This document shows, piece by piece, positions 33,669-42,625 of a stretch of DNA of 64,000 nucleotides; position 1 is the first letter of the stretch, and each line of letters starts with the position of its first letter. The stretch lies in IMG/VR virus record IMGVR_UViG_3300045988_060960. One strand, written 5' to 3'. The stretch comes from a virus. Under the pieces are notes generated by a model. The model was not told the origin of the DNA, searched no databases, and saw only the letters and a program-made list of their open reading frames with translations. Made by a program: the position numbers and the translations under genes.

Positions 33669-34511
33669 TTAATCAATTCTTTTGGCCTTGATTCGCGTGT
33701 GATAGACAGCCCCTCCTGCGCCGTCCTGGCGGCCTCTGTGCGCCCTCCTTTCTGGGGGCGGGGTAGATGTCACGGTAGGTGTCTGAACGGCTCCACGCAA
33801 GAGCTGGACGGGCATCTGGGCGGTTCTATCAGCACTGAACGGAGGAGGCTCGAATTTCGCCCCCGCAAACCCGCCGAAGTGGACGCCCAGCACGTCTGTG
33901 CTTTCTCTGTCTTGGCTCACCGGCACAGCGGACACATCGGCGTCCACAAACCCGCAGTGCAGCAAAGTCAGGTCATAGCGGTAGGTGCGGTAGGTGCGAA
34001 GATAAAGCCGCATCCCGACACCGGCCACCAGAATACGCTTGATGGCATAGGCTATCGGCTCGATCAGTTCCTCCCGATCGGGAGAAAGCAGAGCCATATC
34101 CACGTACAGAGCAATCTTGGCTGGGAATACATCATCCAGTTCAACATCGCTCTGCTCTACATCAAGCAGCATAGCTGCCGCCCGAATTACCGTATCTGTG
34201 TCGCCGCCCGAAAGCTGCGCCATGATTTTCACTTTGATTGCGAGGCGGTAAAACCTATCATCAGAGCTGACCCGCTTGACGCCAAAATTCGCGCCGTAGC
34301 GGTCAAGCACAGAGCCGCAGGCATAGTCGAGGTCATCCCACAGCTTTACCAGCGCAGCCTGCTCCTCGACAGTTTCGAGGCCCCACGCCAGAATCGAAAA
34401 TAGCTTTCCGATAACGGTTTCCAGCGGTAGGCCCAGCTTCACATTGTCGTAGTCTTTTCTGCTGTACGCACTGGTCAGCGCATACAGCATTTTGGAAAGG
34501 AACTTATTCAT
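33669..34511 (-). CDS. Baseplate wedge partner (XkdU position, DUF2313-like)
   Basis: 280 aa. It has a 4-nt overlap with the baseplate J-like gene. The assignment rests on PBSX-like synteny. Confidence 0.55.
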   Translation of the reverse strand: MNKFLSKMLYALTSAYSRKDYDNVKLGLPLETVIGKLFSILAWGLETVEEQAALVKLWDDLDYACGSVLDRYGANFGVKRVSSDDRFYRLAIKVKIMAQLSGGDTDTVIRAAAMLLDVEQSDVELDDVFPAKIALYVDMALLSPDREELIEPIAYAIKRILVAGVGMRLYLRTYRTYRYDLTLLHCGFVDADVSAVPVSQDRESTDVLGVHFGGFAGAKFEPPPFSADRTAQMPVQLLRGAVQTPTVTSTPPPERRAHRGRQDGAGGAVYHTRIKAKRID

Positions 34512-35686
34512 GCGACCACCACCATGCTCTCATCCGTTACCGCTTTCTCGCGGGCGGCGATGGTGATGTTTTTCCAGCTAAAAGTCTCTCCGTCCGAGCT
34601 GATTTGCAGGTCGAAGTCTACGACACCTTGGACCTTGAAAACCTCGGTGGGCAGGGCCACGCACACGACGTTTTGGCCGATGTTCAGGCCGCCGCGCGTG
34701 TCGGAACCGATGTACTCGGTAAGCCGCTGCTTGATTTGCTCCACGCCGTCCAACGGAAAGGTGTTGTCAGTTTGGAGGTTGAACACCTTGATCCACACGT
34801 TCACCGGAGTGGGCCGGCTGAAGTTGATGGCCTTGATCCGCCCGGAGGCGTCCACGACCGGCACAGATACGTTTCCGTAGGTCTGGATGCCGGCACCTTT
34901 CCGGCGGTGGATAGTGGTGGCGATGGATTCATCCAGCCCTCCGTACACCACCAGCTCTATGGAATGGGGCGGCAAGCCGCTGGCGTTTATTTCGTCGGTA
35001 TCATTTTCCTCTCCGGTTACAGCTATGACGGCTTCTACGTTCTCGTAGATCGCCGCGATAATCGCGTCAATGTTGACGCCGCCGGCAAAATCCGTAGAGA
35101 TGTAATACCGGGCGCGGAACTCAGCATCAGTCTCTGTGTTCCGCCCGCCCTCGAACGGAGCAGCGTTTGACACGGCGGAGATACCGTTCTTCGGGTTGGT
35201 GATAACTGTAATCGTCCCCGCTTCTGTATTGCCATCGGGGCCAGCTACGACTGCGGAAGCCGGAAGCGTAATGCTCCCATCCAAAATCACGCCAGACTGA
35301 AGCGTTATATATTGCTGGCCCGCGATAGTCTCGGCAAGGTAGCCTTCCGGGACCTCCGCGCCTATCTCGCCTGTAAAGGTGAGGTAGCCCACGGCTTTCT
35401 GCGCCCCCAGCAGCCGCAGCCCAATCGCTCGACCGAGGTTGTACAGGCTGTGGCCGACTGCGGTATCAACGAACCGGCTATTGTAGACATCTTCTAGGGT
35501 CGAGAACAGGAGGTTGAGCATCCATGCAAAAATCCGCAGGAAGATACCGAGCGGAGAGCGCACGGTAAGGTTTGCTTTTGAACCGAACAGCTCTCTGGCC
35601 TTGTATTCGAGCGCGTCCAGTAGTTCAGCGTAAGTGGGGCGTCTAAAACCGGCGTCAGTCAAGCCCCAGTCCGTTGTTTTTGCCAT
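34508..35686 (-). CDS. Baseplate J/gp47-like protein (XkdT position)
   Basis: 392 aa. Size and position between the gp25/W-like and XkdU-like genes support the call. Confidence 0.7.
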   Translation of the reverse strand: MAKTTDWGLTDAGFRRPTYAELLDALEYKARELFGSKANLTVRSPLGIFLRIFAWMLNLLFSTLEDVYNSRFVDTAVGHSLYNLGRAIGLRLLGAQKAVGYLTFTGEIGAEVPEGYLAETIAGQQYITLQSGVILDGSITLPASAVVAGPDGNTEAGTITVITNPKNGISAVSNAAPFEGGRNTETDAEFRARYYISTDFAGGVNIDAIIAAIYENVEAVIAVTGEENDTDEINASGLPPHSIELVVYGGLDESIATTIHRRKGAGIQTYGNVSVPVVDASGRIKAINFSRPTPVNVWIKVFNLQTDNTFPLDGVEQIKQRLTEYIGSDTRGGLNIGQNVVCVALPTEVFKVQGVVDFDLQISSDGETFSWKNITIAAREKAVTDESMVVVA

Positions 35687-36057
35687 TATGCTGTCACCTC
35701 CAATGTGATAGTTTCGCCGTTCACCAACGTAGCTGAGAAAGCCACGGAGACCTCTCTGCGCTCACAGGATACGGACATCGAATCAATGCGGGATACATCT
35801 GGCTCTTGGAAAATAGCCTCCCGCATGATCTCTTTGATCTCCTCCTCATCCACGTCGTTCTGATTTACACCGAGAATCCGTTCATAGTCCGTGCCGTGCG
35901 TTTCGTCGGCAAAGAACTCGGCTTTCCACGTCAGGAGAGCGTGACGGACATTTTGAACCGTAGTGTCCCGGTCAAAAATCTTCTGGAAGTGACCATCCTC
36001 GTCCAGAACAAGGTCTCGAGTTTCTGGGTCAATCAGCAGTGTCATGTTGTCTCCCAC
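35686..36057 (-). CDS. Baseplate protein, gp25/W-like (XkdS position)
   Basis: A GTG at 36057 follows AGGGAGG plus 8 nt. The ORF could extend to the ATG at 36084. Confidence 0.55.
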   Translation of the reverse strand: MGDNMTLLIDPETRDLVLDEDGHFQKIFDRDTTVQNVRHALLTWKAEFFADETHGTDYERILGVNQNDVDEEEIKEIMREAIFQEPDVSRIDSMSVSCERREVSVAFSATLVNGETITLEVTA

Positions 36058-36070
36058 GTGAATCACCTCC

Positions 36071-36673
36071 CTACATAGGTTCACCGGTTACGCCGCCGGA
36101 ATCGCCAAGGTGTTTGTGGTGCGCCCCGCTGACGCGCTCCTCAGAAACGACGTCTTTTGAAGCTGTGATTTTCCCTTCCACATGGACGTCGCCCAAGATT
36201 TGCACCCCGGCCTTCGTGACTGCAACATAAACACTACCGTCGTCCGTTGCGAGAACGAGGCTCTCGCCGGGAAGACCCCGCACCGCGTAGTCACCCGCCA
36301 CGATTCCGCCGATGAAAACAGCGTCCGTGGTTGCGTGGTTTCGTTCGGTGAGCGGTTGAGCTTCTTTGCCTCCGCTCACCGTACTGTCCATATCGTGATC
36401 GAGATAGACCACCACTCCCACGTCGCCCGCTTTTATCCAAGGGCGTATGATAAACCCGCCGCTCCGAGTGCAAGCGACGGGTATGCTCAGAATGGGAGGT
36501 TGGCTTTCATACTTCCCGTTCTGCAAATGTTTCGACAGGGGCTGTACATCCACCGTCATCTTGGCTGGGTCGAATGACTTGACCGACACGACTGCCGCCA
36601 CGCAAATGGATTCAGCCAGCTTCCGGTCGTGAATTTGCTGGTAGTTATATGGCTTTACGTTTGCCACCGGCAC
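36071..36673 (-). CDS. Baseplate central spike / gpV-gp45-like (XkdR position)
   Basis: 200 aa with an OB-fold-like N-terminus (AAVVSVKSFDPAKMTVDVQP). The call is positional. Confidence 0.55.
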   Translation of the reverse strand: MPVANVKPYNYQQIHDRKLAESICVAAVVSVKSFDPAKMTVDVQPLSKHLQNGKYESQPPILSIPVACTRSGGFIIRPWIKAGDVGVVVYLDHDMDSTVSGGKEAQPLTERNHATTDAVFIGGIVAGDYAVRGLPGESLVLATDDGSVYVAVTKAGVQILGDVHVEGKITASKDVVSEERVSGAHHKHLGDSGGVTGEPM

Positions 36674-36679
36674 ACCTCC

Positions 36680-37522
36680 TCAGTACGGTCGCAGCTCCAT
36701 CGAAGTCTCCCAGTCACTTGTCCTGCCGCCGCTATGCTTGCCTTCCACGACAATAAAGCGGCCATTCAGGTCAGCAGACTGAATTTTGATGACCTCTGCG
36801 GTTGCCACACGATAGTTGAGCAGGCAGGAGCGGGAAATAGTGTCTTCCTCCCGGTCCTCCCCAGTTGTCTGCGAGTTCAGGTCGGTTTCAACGGGAATCT
36901 GAACCTTTTCCTCATCTGCTCTGAGCAGCCCGTTCGAGGGCGTCAAGGTCAATCCGTTGTCGATTCCGTCATCGGACTTGGTGATGTAGATTTGCCCCGT
37001 AGTCCGTATGATGAAACGGCTCTTGCACTCATTCACCACGATCTCCGTCAGAACCTGCTTCAGATTTCCCCGGCATACCCGCCCACGCGGATAACTCACG
37101 TCGGTGGTCAGCTCGCATTTTGAGACCTCGACGCCGAAGATGTTCAGCAGGTCTTTCACAATGGCTGACGCCTTAGAGTTCTGCACGTAGGTCTTGTTGA
37201 TGAGCTTGCCGAGGATTTCATCGGCACAAGGCTGTATCGTCAGCGTGGAGGTCCAGTCCACATTGGACTGCTTGTGCTTCAGGCCGACTACTTTCCCAAT
37301 CAGGATGCAGCCGACATCGCCTTCGTATCCCGCATTGAGGATGACGGGGTCCTTTTTCTTGATGCCGGCGCGAGTATTGGCGGAGAGGTTCGTCACCGTC
37401 ACCGTAGCCACCGGCGGCTCATCGCTGTCATCAAACGGGATGCTGAACTTGAAATCCAGATCCGCAAGTGAATATTTCTTGTTCCCGATAACCAGCGTGG
37501 CTTCCCGAATCCAAAACGCCAT
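36680..37522 (-). CDS. Baseplate hub, XkdQ/gpD-like
   Basis: 280 aa in the synteny position after the tape-measure-proximal genes. Confidence 0.5.
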   Translation of the reverse strand: MAFWIREATLVIGNKKYSLADLDFKFSIPFDDSDEPPVATVTVTNLSANTRAGIKKKDPVILNAGYEGDVGCILIGKVVGLKHKQSNVDWTSTLTIQPCADEILGKLINKTYVQNSKASAIVKDLLNIFGVEVSKCELTTDVSYPRGRVCRGNLKQVLTEIVVNECKSRFIIRTTGQIYITKSDDGIDNGLTLTPSNGLLRADEEKVQIPVETDLNSQTTGEDREEDTISRSCLLNYRVATAEVIKIQSADLNGRFIVVEGKHSGGRTSDWETSMELRPY

Positions 37523-37523
37523 A

Positions 37524-37880
37524 TCACTCCACCTTCCTTTCGTAGAGGTAGAGCTTGACTTCTTTTCCGAAGTTCTCCGGCGTTACCTCCGAGATTTCCT
37601 CGCCGGTTATGCAGACGGGGATGATGACAGGCAGCGGAAACCGCTCGTCTTCTACCACGTTGAACAGCGCCCTGCCGTAGCGAATAACCTCGCCAAATAC
37701 CAAAACGTCGCCGTTCAGGTCCAGCAGGTCAACGGTGAAGAACTTGCCGATCTCGTTGTACTTGACAGTGAACGTGTATGTCTTATCCGTCAGCTTGACA
37801 GAGAATGAGTACGGCACTTTCGACACATCAATGTTGATGTACTCAATGTCCTCGTTCAGGTCAATCAGTTGCAGCGCCAC
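37524..37880 (-). CDS. Hypothetical tail protein
   Basis: 118-aa ORF in the tail operon. Confidence 0.55.
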   Translation of the reverse strand: MALQLIDLNEDIEYINIDVSKVPYSFSVKLTDKTYTFTVKYNEIGKFFTVDLLDLNGDVLVFGEVIRYGRALFNVVEDERFPLPVIIPVCITGEEISEVTPENFGKEVKLYLYERKVE

Positions 37881-37895
37881 ACTCTATCACCTCCG

Positions 37896-38492
37896 TCAGT
37901 TGGCTTCCAGACCGTCATAGCCGCCCGTGCTCCGCGTAAGCGGAGCCGAGCTGCTCGGCGTATCATAGGCTTCTCTGTACCGCTCTGCGCTTGCGGAGCT
38001 GACCGATTGCAGAGAAACCGTTGTCATTCCCACACTGGCTGTTTGCGCCAGCTGCTGGTTATCTGTTTTGCCGGCGTCCTGACTGGACATCAGCACTTCC
38101 GAATCCATCGGCACGAATTCAGAAGAAACCAGCCGTACTTGTTTCAGCGTGGCCGAGAAGGACGCGCCGTTTCTGTTCTTATAGCTGCGGTCAAATTTCA
38201 GACTGGTAAAGACGAGGTTTGCCATGCGGGTCACGCCGGTGTACGTGATGATATCCCGCGAATCCCGCATGGCTTTCAGTGCGTTGATCGCGCTGTCCCC
38301 GCCCACGATGGTGCCTGAAATAGTCAGCTGCCCCGCAGCGTTGTTCACGTGGTCGTTGATATCAGCCCCGCTCTCCACGGGGTTCGAGGTGACAGAGCTG
38401 CTGTAACTCTCACTCTCTTTCTCGACCACACCGTTCTCGAAAGGTACGAAACGAACTGTCCCGCCCTTTCTACCGGTGAGCGTATACGCCAT
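37896..38492 (-). CDS. Hypothetical tail protein (XkdP position)
   Basis: 198-aa ORF immediately after the tape measure gene. Confidence 0.55.
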   Translation of the reverse strand: MAYTLTGRKGGTVRFVPFENGVVEKESESYSSSVTSNPVESGADINDHVNNAAGQLTISGTIVGGDSAINALKAMRDSRDIITYTGVTRMANLVFTSLKFDRSYKNRNGASFSATLKQVRLVSSEFVPMDSEVLMSSQDAGKTDNQQLAQTASVGMTTVSLQSVSSASAERYREAYDTPSSSAPLTRSTGGYDGLEAN

Positions 38493-38506
38493 TCCGACAC
38501 CTCCTA

Positions 38507-41422
38507 TCAGAACGAATACTGGTTCTTCAAGGACATCTGCTGCAATTCCTCCTCGCGGAACTCGTCGTAAAGCTCACGAACAGTGTCACGCAGAGAATCA
38601 CGCATATTGTCCACGGTTTCCTCGGAAACTTCCCCATACACGTGAACTACGATGCTCGGGGAGAATACCGGAGCTGGACTGGCAGGGAAATCGCCATCAG
38701 GCGATACATCCCCTGGCGGCGGCCCTACTTTTGGCTTGTCCCCATCGTCATCCGATCCTTCGGTGTTAGGACCGTTTACCTCGTCCGCAGGCTTCTGATC
38801 CGCCAAAAAGCGAATAAGCTCAGGGCTTACCATGATGACTTGCATAGCCTGCCCACCGAGATCAACGGGGTTGAAATCTCCAACAACCGGATTGACCTTG
38901 TACGAAACATCCGAAACAGGAGGAGTGTTGACGTCGGCCACAACAGGCATCACGCTATACGACACGTCAGACGATACTTTTGTCGGCAAATCAAACTCGG
39001 TAGGAAGGGCATTCTCCATGTCTTTCTTGACACCGCCCATCGACTTATCGAAGCCTTCTCCAACACCGAGCGCCATGTTCTTACCAACTTGGTCGGCAAA
39101 AACAGTGGACGGGCTGTGGATGCCCAGAAGACCTTTGACACCATCAACGATGCCGCCAAAGAATCCGGCCACTTTGTCTTTAATCCAACCTGCCATCGCA
39201 GAAATACCGTTCCAGATACCCTGAACGATATTCTTGCCGATGTCCACGATACCACCCATCAAGGCGCTCATGCCGCTCACGATTGCAGAAATGATCTGCG
39301 GGAGCTGTGCCACCAGTTGAGGAATGGCCTGAATGATGCCGCTCGCCAGCTGAAGCAGAAGCTGCACACCGGTTTCAAGGATCAGCGGCATATTCTCTGC
39401 TATCGTCCCAGTAATCGAGGTGATGATGGATGGCAGCTGTTCCAGCAGAATGGGGATAGCCTGAATGATGCCAAACGCCAGATTGGTGAGAATCTGGATG
39501 CCCTGTTCCATGATGATCGGCATATTCTCCGTGAAGAAAGTGATGAGCGATTCAATGATGACCGGCAGCTGTTCCAACAGCAGAGGCACCGTGTCAACTA
39601 TACCCTGTACGAGATTCATAATGATCGCTGCGCCCTGTTCCAGAATCAGCGGCAGGCTCTCTGTGAGCGCCACAATGATGCCGTCGATGATAAGCGGGAG
39701 TTGCTCAATCAGCATCGGGAGAGCGGTCATAATACCCTCTGCCAGCCCGCTCAGGAGCTGCATACCCGCCTCTATGAGCATCGGGACATTCTCAATCAGA
39801 GATGTTGCCACGGACACGATAGCGTTTACGAACTCCGGTATGAGCGTCGGCAGCATTTGCCCGACCGATGTAATCAGGCTGTCCACCAACTGAATGGCGG
39901 CATCTGCGATGACCGGCACATTCTCTACAAGGGTCTGCGCAATCATCAACACCGCATCAACCGCAACCGGAGCCAGCTCAGGCAGCAGCCCGATCAGAGA
40001 GCTGAGCACCTCGTCGAAGATGCCGGCAGCCGCCTCCACAATGGGCGGAAGCAACCCGCTGATTGCAGGGACTGCCTGCCCCAGCGCCTCCGGGAGAGCA
40101 GCGGCAAGGTTTTCTACGACCGGCGTGACATTCTTCACGACATTTCCGAAGTTGGCCGTGACGTCGTTCACCAGCTTGCCAATGTCAGCATTTTCATTAC
40201 CGAGGCCGGCAAACAGGTTTTCCACGGCAGCTTTTGTGCTGGCCCATGAGCCGCTGATCGTCTCAGCGGCTTCTTTCGCGGTGGTGCCGGTAATGCCCAT
40301 CTCCGTCTGAATGACGTGGATGGCCTCGGTGATGTCCGCAAAGGAGTTGATGTCGAACTTCGTACCAGCCAACTTACCCGCATCATCCAGCAGTCGCTGC
40401 ATTTCGTCCTGAGTGCCACTGTAACCGAGCTTCAGGTTGTCCAACATGGTGTAGTTCTGCATGGAGAATCCGCGATAGGCGTTTTGAATATCCTCCAAGC
40501 TCGTACCCATTTTATTGGAGTTGTCGGCCATGTCTGTGATTGCCAGGTCAACCTGCTTAGCAGCCGCTGCGGTATCGCCGCCGAGGGAGCTTATCATACT
40601 CGCCGAGAAACTCGTAGCGAGATTCATGTAGTTATTCGCCGACATACCAGCGGTCTGGAAAGCGTTTGAAGCGTACTGCTGCACCGTACCAGACGCGCTC
40701 TTGAACAGCGTGTCTACACCGCCTACGAGCTGCTCATAGTCGGCATAGGCAGACACGACCTGTTTGCCGATGGCAATGGCCCCGGCCACCGCAGCGGCGC
40801 TCACGGCTCCGATTGCAGCACCGGCTCCTTTCAGAACACCGCCAAGCCTGCTGAACTTGTCGTTCGTAGAATCAGCAGCGGCGCCCAGCCCATCAACATC
40901 TCTGCGGGCGGCGCCCGCCGAATTTCCGAGATCATCTGTCTGGGTGGCTGCTTGTTGCGCACTTCTCGCCATATCAATCAGGCGAGACCTGGCGTTCTGT
41001 ACGGCGTTGCCAAAGCCGTCTCGGATGGTACTGATGGGGTGAGCAAACTTCGATCCGATACTGGCGATATTGGACGCCGTATTATTCGCAAAATCACGCA
41101 CCTTGCCAGTGACATAATCGAAAGCCCCGCCGACGCCCTGCCGCACAGACGATGAGAAGCTGTCTCCGCTGTCGATACCCCGGAGGAATGATGCGCGGAA
41201 CGCATTCCCGACAGAATTAGCCTGCGTCTGGACACCGCCGAGGCTGCTTGTTACACCTCGGATGCCTGATTCAGCGCCGGATGTGTCAGCGTCCACAGTG
41301 ATGCGGCTGCCGGCACCATTCAGTCCGCCAAGGCCGCTGGTCAGATTGCGAATACTGCTCTCTGCCCGCGAGGTATTGGCCTCGACATTTATGCTGTATG
41401 TTAAGCTGCGAGCCTCATCCAC
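38507..41422 (-). CDS. Tail tape measure protein
   Basis: 971 aa, Ala/Gly/Ile-rich and helical. It has tandem units of about 40 aa (LPxLIEQLPxII...) and follows the chaperone genes. Confidence 0.9.
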   Translation of the reverse strand: MDEARSLTYSINVEANTSRAESSIRNLTSGLGGLNGAGSRITVDADTSGAESGIRGVTSSLGGVQTQANSVGNAFRASFLRGIDSGDSFSSSVRQGVGGAFDYVTGKVRDFANNTASNIASIGSKFAHPISTIRDGFGNAVQNARSRLIDMARSAQQAATQTDDLGNSAGAARRDVDGLGAAADSTNDKFSRLGGVLKGAGAAIGAVSAAAVAGAIAIGKQVVSAYADYEQLVGGVDTLFKSASGTVQQYASNAFQTAGMSANNYMNLATSFSASMISSLGGDTAAAAKQVDLAITDMADNSNKMGTSLEDIQNAYRGFSMQNYTMLDNLKLGYSGTQDEMQRLLDDAGKLAGTKFDINSFADITEAIHVIQTEMGITGTTAKEAAETISGSWASTKAAVENLFAGLGNENADIGKLVNDVTANFGNVVKNVTPVVENLAAALPEALGQAVPAISGLLPPIVEAAAGIFDEVLSSLIGLLPELAPVAVDAVLMIAQTLVENVPVIADAAIQLVDSLITSVGQMLPTLIPEFVNAIVSVATSLIENVPMLIEAGMQLLSGLAEGIMTALPMLIEQLPLIIDGIIVALTESLPLILEQGAAIIMNLVQGIVDTVPLLLEQLPVIIESLITFFTENMPIIMEQGIQILTNLAFGIIQAIPILLEQLPSIITSITGTIAENMPLILETGVQLLLQLASGIIQAIPQLVAQLPQIISAIVSGMSALMGGIVDIGKNIVQGIWNGISAMAGWIKDKVAGFFGGIVDGVKGLLGIHSPSTVFADQVGKNMALGVGEGFDKSMGGVKKDMENALPTEFDLPTKVSSDVSYSVMPVVADVNTPPVSDVSYKVNPVVGDFNPVDLGGQAMQVIMVSPELIRFLADQKPADEVNGPNTEGSDDDGDKPKVGPPPGDVSPDGDFPASPAPVFSPSIVVHVYGEVSEETVDNMRDSLRDTVRELYDEFREEELQQMSLKNQYSF

Positions 41423-41441
41423 ACATCATCCCTCCTTTCCA

Positions 41442-41675
41442 TCAGGATTTTTTATTCCACTCATTTTGCCACAGGAGGCGGGCCTGCTCAGCTTCTGTAA
41501 ACTCAAACAGATCCATTTCTTTCAGCTCTGTATAGCTGATTCCCCCCATGCAGAATGTCATCCGCCAAAAGCGTTCATTCCTGCGCGCTCGTTTCTCGGC
41601 GGCTTTAGGATTTTGCTCGCTCCGCAAGAAAGTTTTCGATCTCGCGTACCAGCTCACCCGGCGTTGCGAGATCAT
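41442..41675 (-). CDS. Tail assembly chaperone extension ORF (possible frameshift product or a small separate gene)
   Basis: It overlaps the 3' end of 41605-41886 by 71 nt in the +1 frame. An internal ATG at 41561 is an alternative independent start. Confidence 0.4.
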   Translation of the reverse strand: MISQRRVSWYARSKTFLRSEQNPKAAEKRARRNERFWRMTFCMGGISYTELKEMDLFEFTEAEQARLLWQNEWNKKS

Positions 41676-41886
41676 CCTGATCGTCGAAGTAACGGATTCC
41701 GCCCTTCGAGACTTCCACGGGCGCAGTTACGCAGCCCTTGATGAGTGCGTCCGCGTATTTCGCGGTATTCTTTCTTCCATTGGCGGGGTTGATGTAGAGG
41801 TCAGTCAGGTTCGAGTACCACGAAAAGGTGACACTCTGAAGCTGGTAATCCACGCCACCGACGGTGACTGTTTTAGTACGGGCCAT
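41605..41886 (-). CDS. Tail assembly chaperone (XkdN position)
   Basis: 93 aa, between the tube and tape measure genes. The ribosome-binding site is GAAGGAG. Confidence 0.65.
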   Translation of the reverse strand: MARTKTVTVGGVDYQLQSVTFSWYSNLTDLYINPANGRKNTAKYADALIKGCVTAPVEVSKGGIRYFDDQDDLATPGELVREIENFLAERAKS

Positions 41887-41901
41887 AGGTCAACACTCCT
41901 T

Positions 41902-42214
41902 CTGAAACATTCAGCCGTTTCGCGCGCGCGTACTATGCACGAATTAGGCGTATTAGAGAGAATAGGCGTATACGTGCTGCACACGAATACGCCTAAATAC
42001 TCTATTTTAGATATTATTAGGAATAAATGTTTCAATGTTTCAAAACGGTCAAAACCCCAGTAAATACGGGGATTTTGGGTGAAACATTGCCGATACATTG
42101 GCGAAACTTTGAAACATTCGGGGGCTGAAACATTGGGTTGAATTTCCCGCCTAAACTTCGACTTTCGTGTCTAATGTTAGACTTTAATTCAGATGTATCA
42201 CCCCAATGTTTCAG
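41902..42214 (-). repeat. 313-bp non-coding element, copy B (inverted relative to copy A)
   Basis: It has the same 10-bp termini and the same length. It contains 7 exact TGAAACAT/ATGTTTCA octamers (41903, 42080, 42110, 42126; 42027, 42035, 42206) and a hairpin TAGGCGTAT/ATACGCCTA (41963-41971 / 41987-41995) at the position homologous to the hairpin in copy A. Confidence 0.85.
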
Positions 42215-42606
42215 TTTTGCAGCGTCAGATCCGGGATGATAAAGATGATGGAAACGTCCGCAGCTTCCTTCGCACGGGAGCGGTCGGGCAGCTTGGACAC
42301 CATCACATTCCGGGCAAAAATCACAGTGCCGTTGTCATTGGCATCCGTGACAGCCAGATTGCCCATTGTGTTCTGCTCGGCGCACCGCTCGATGAACGAG
42401 ATGTCCGGAGAATCGGGCTGAAGCGTGATGGTCAGCTTAGCAGCCTTGTTGGCGTTCAGGATGTAGGTCCCGTCGCCCTTCACGCCTTTCTTCAGCGTCA
42501 CGTTATCCTCGTCTCTTGCAAGGGTGAACAAGCTGTCACCGAACATACGGAGCTGATGATTGTTGAAGGTCACGTTTACCTTCTGGGGATCGTAGGTCTG
42601 TAACAT
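42211..42606 (-). CDS. Tail tube protein (XkdM position)
   Basis: 131 aa, immediately after the sheath gene. Its TGA stop lies inside the terminal repeat of the element. Confidence 0.7.
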   Translation of the reverse strand: MLQTYDPQKVNVTFNNHQLRMFGDSLFTLARDEDNVTLKKGVKGDGTYILNANKAAKLTITLQPDSPDISFIERCAEQNTMGNLAVTDANDNGTVIFARNVMVSKLPDRSRAKEAADVSIIFIIPDLTLQN

Positions 42607-42625
42607 AGTTTCTCACACTCCTTCT

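Noticed and set aside
39140-39750. Tandem repeats of about 40 aa (LPxLIEQLPxII...ENxPxI.EQG) inside the tape measure gene.
   Set aside because: Internal periodic repeats are an ordinary property of tape measure proteins, so this is not a separate feature.
38642-40249. Long antisense ORFs opposite structural and replication genes, for example 38642-40249, 46679-48361, 27686-29485, 31041-33155, 16046-17521, 8163-9194, 53103-54401 and 42665-43711.
   Set aside because: Each lies opposite a gene with clear family motifs or operon context. They are low-complexity, lack ribosome-binding sites, and are the expected frame -1/-2 shadows at this GC content.
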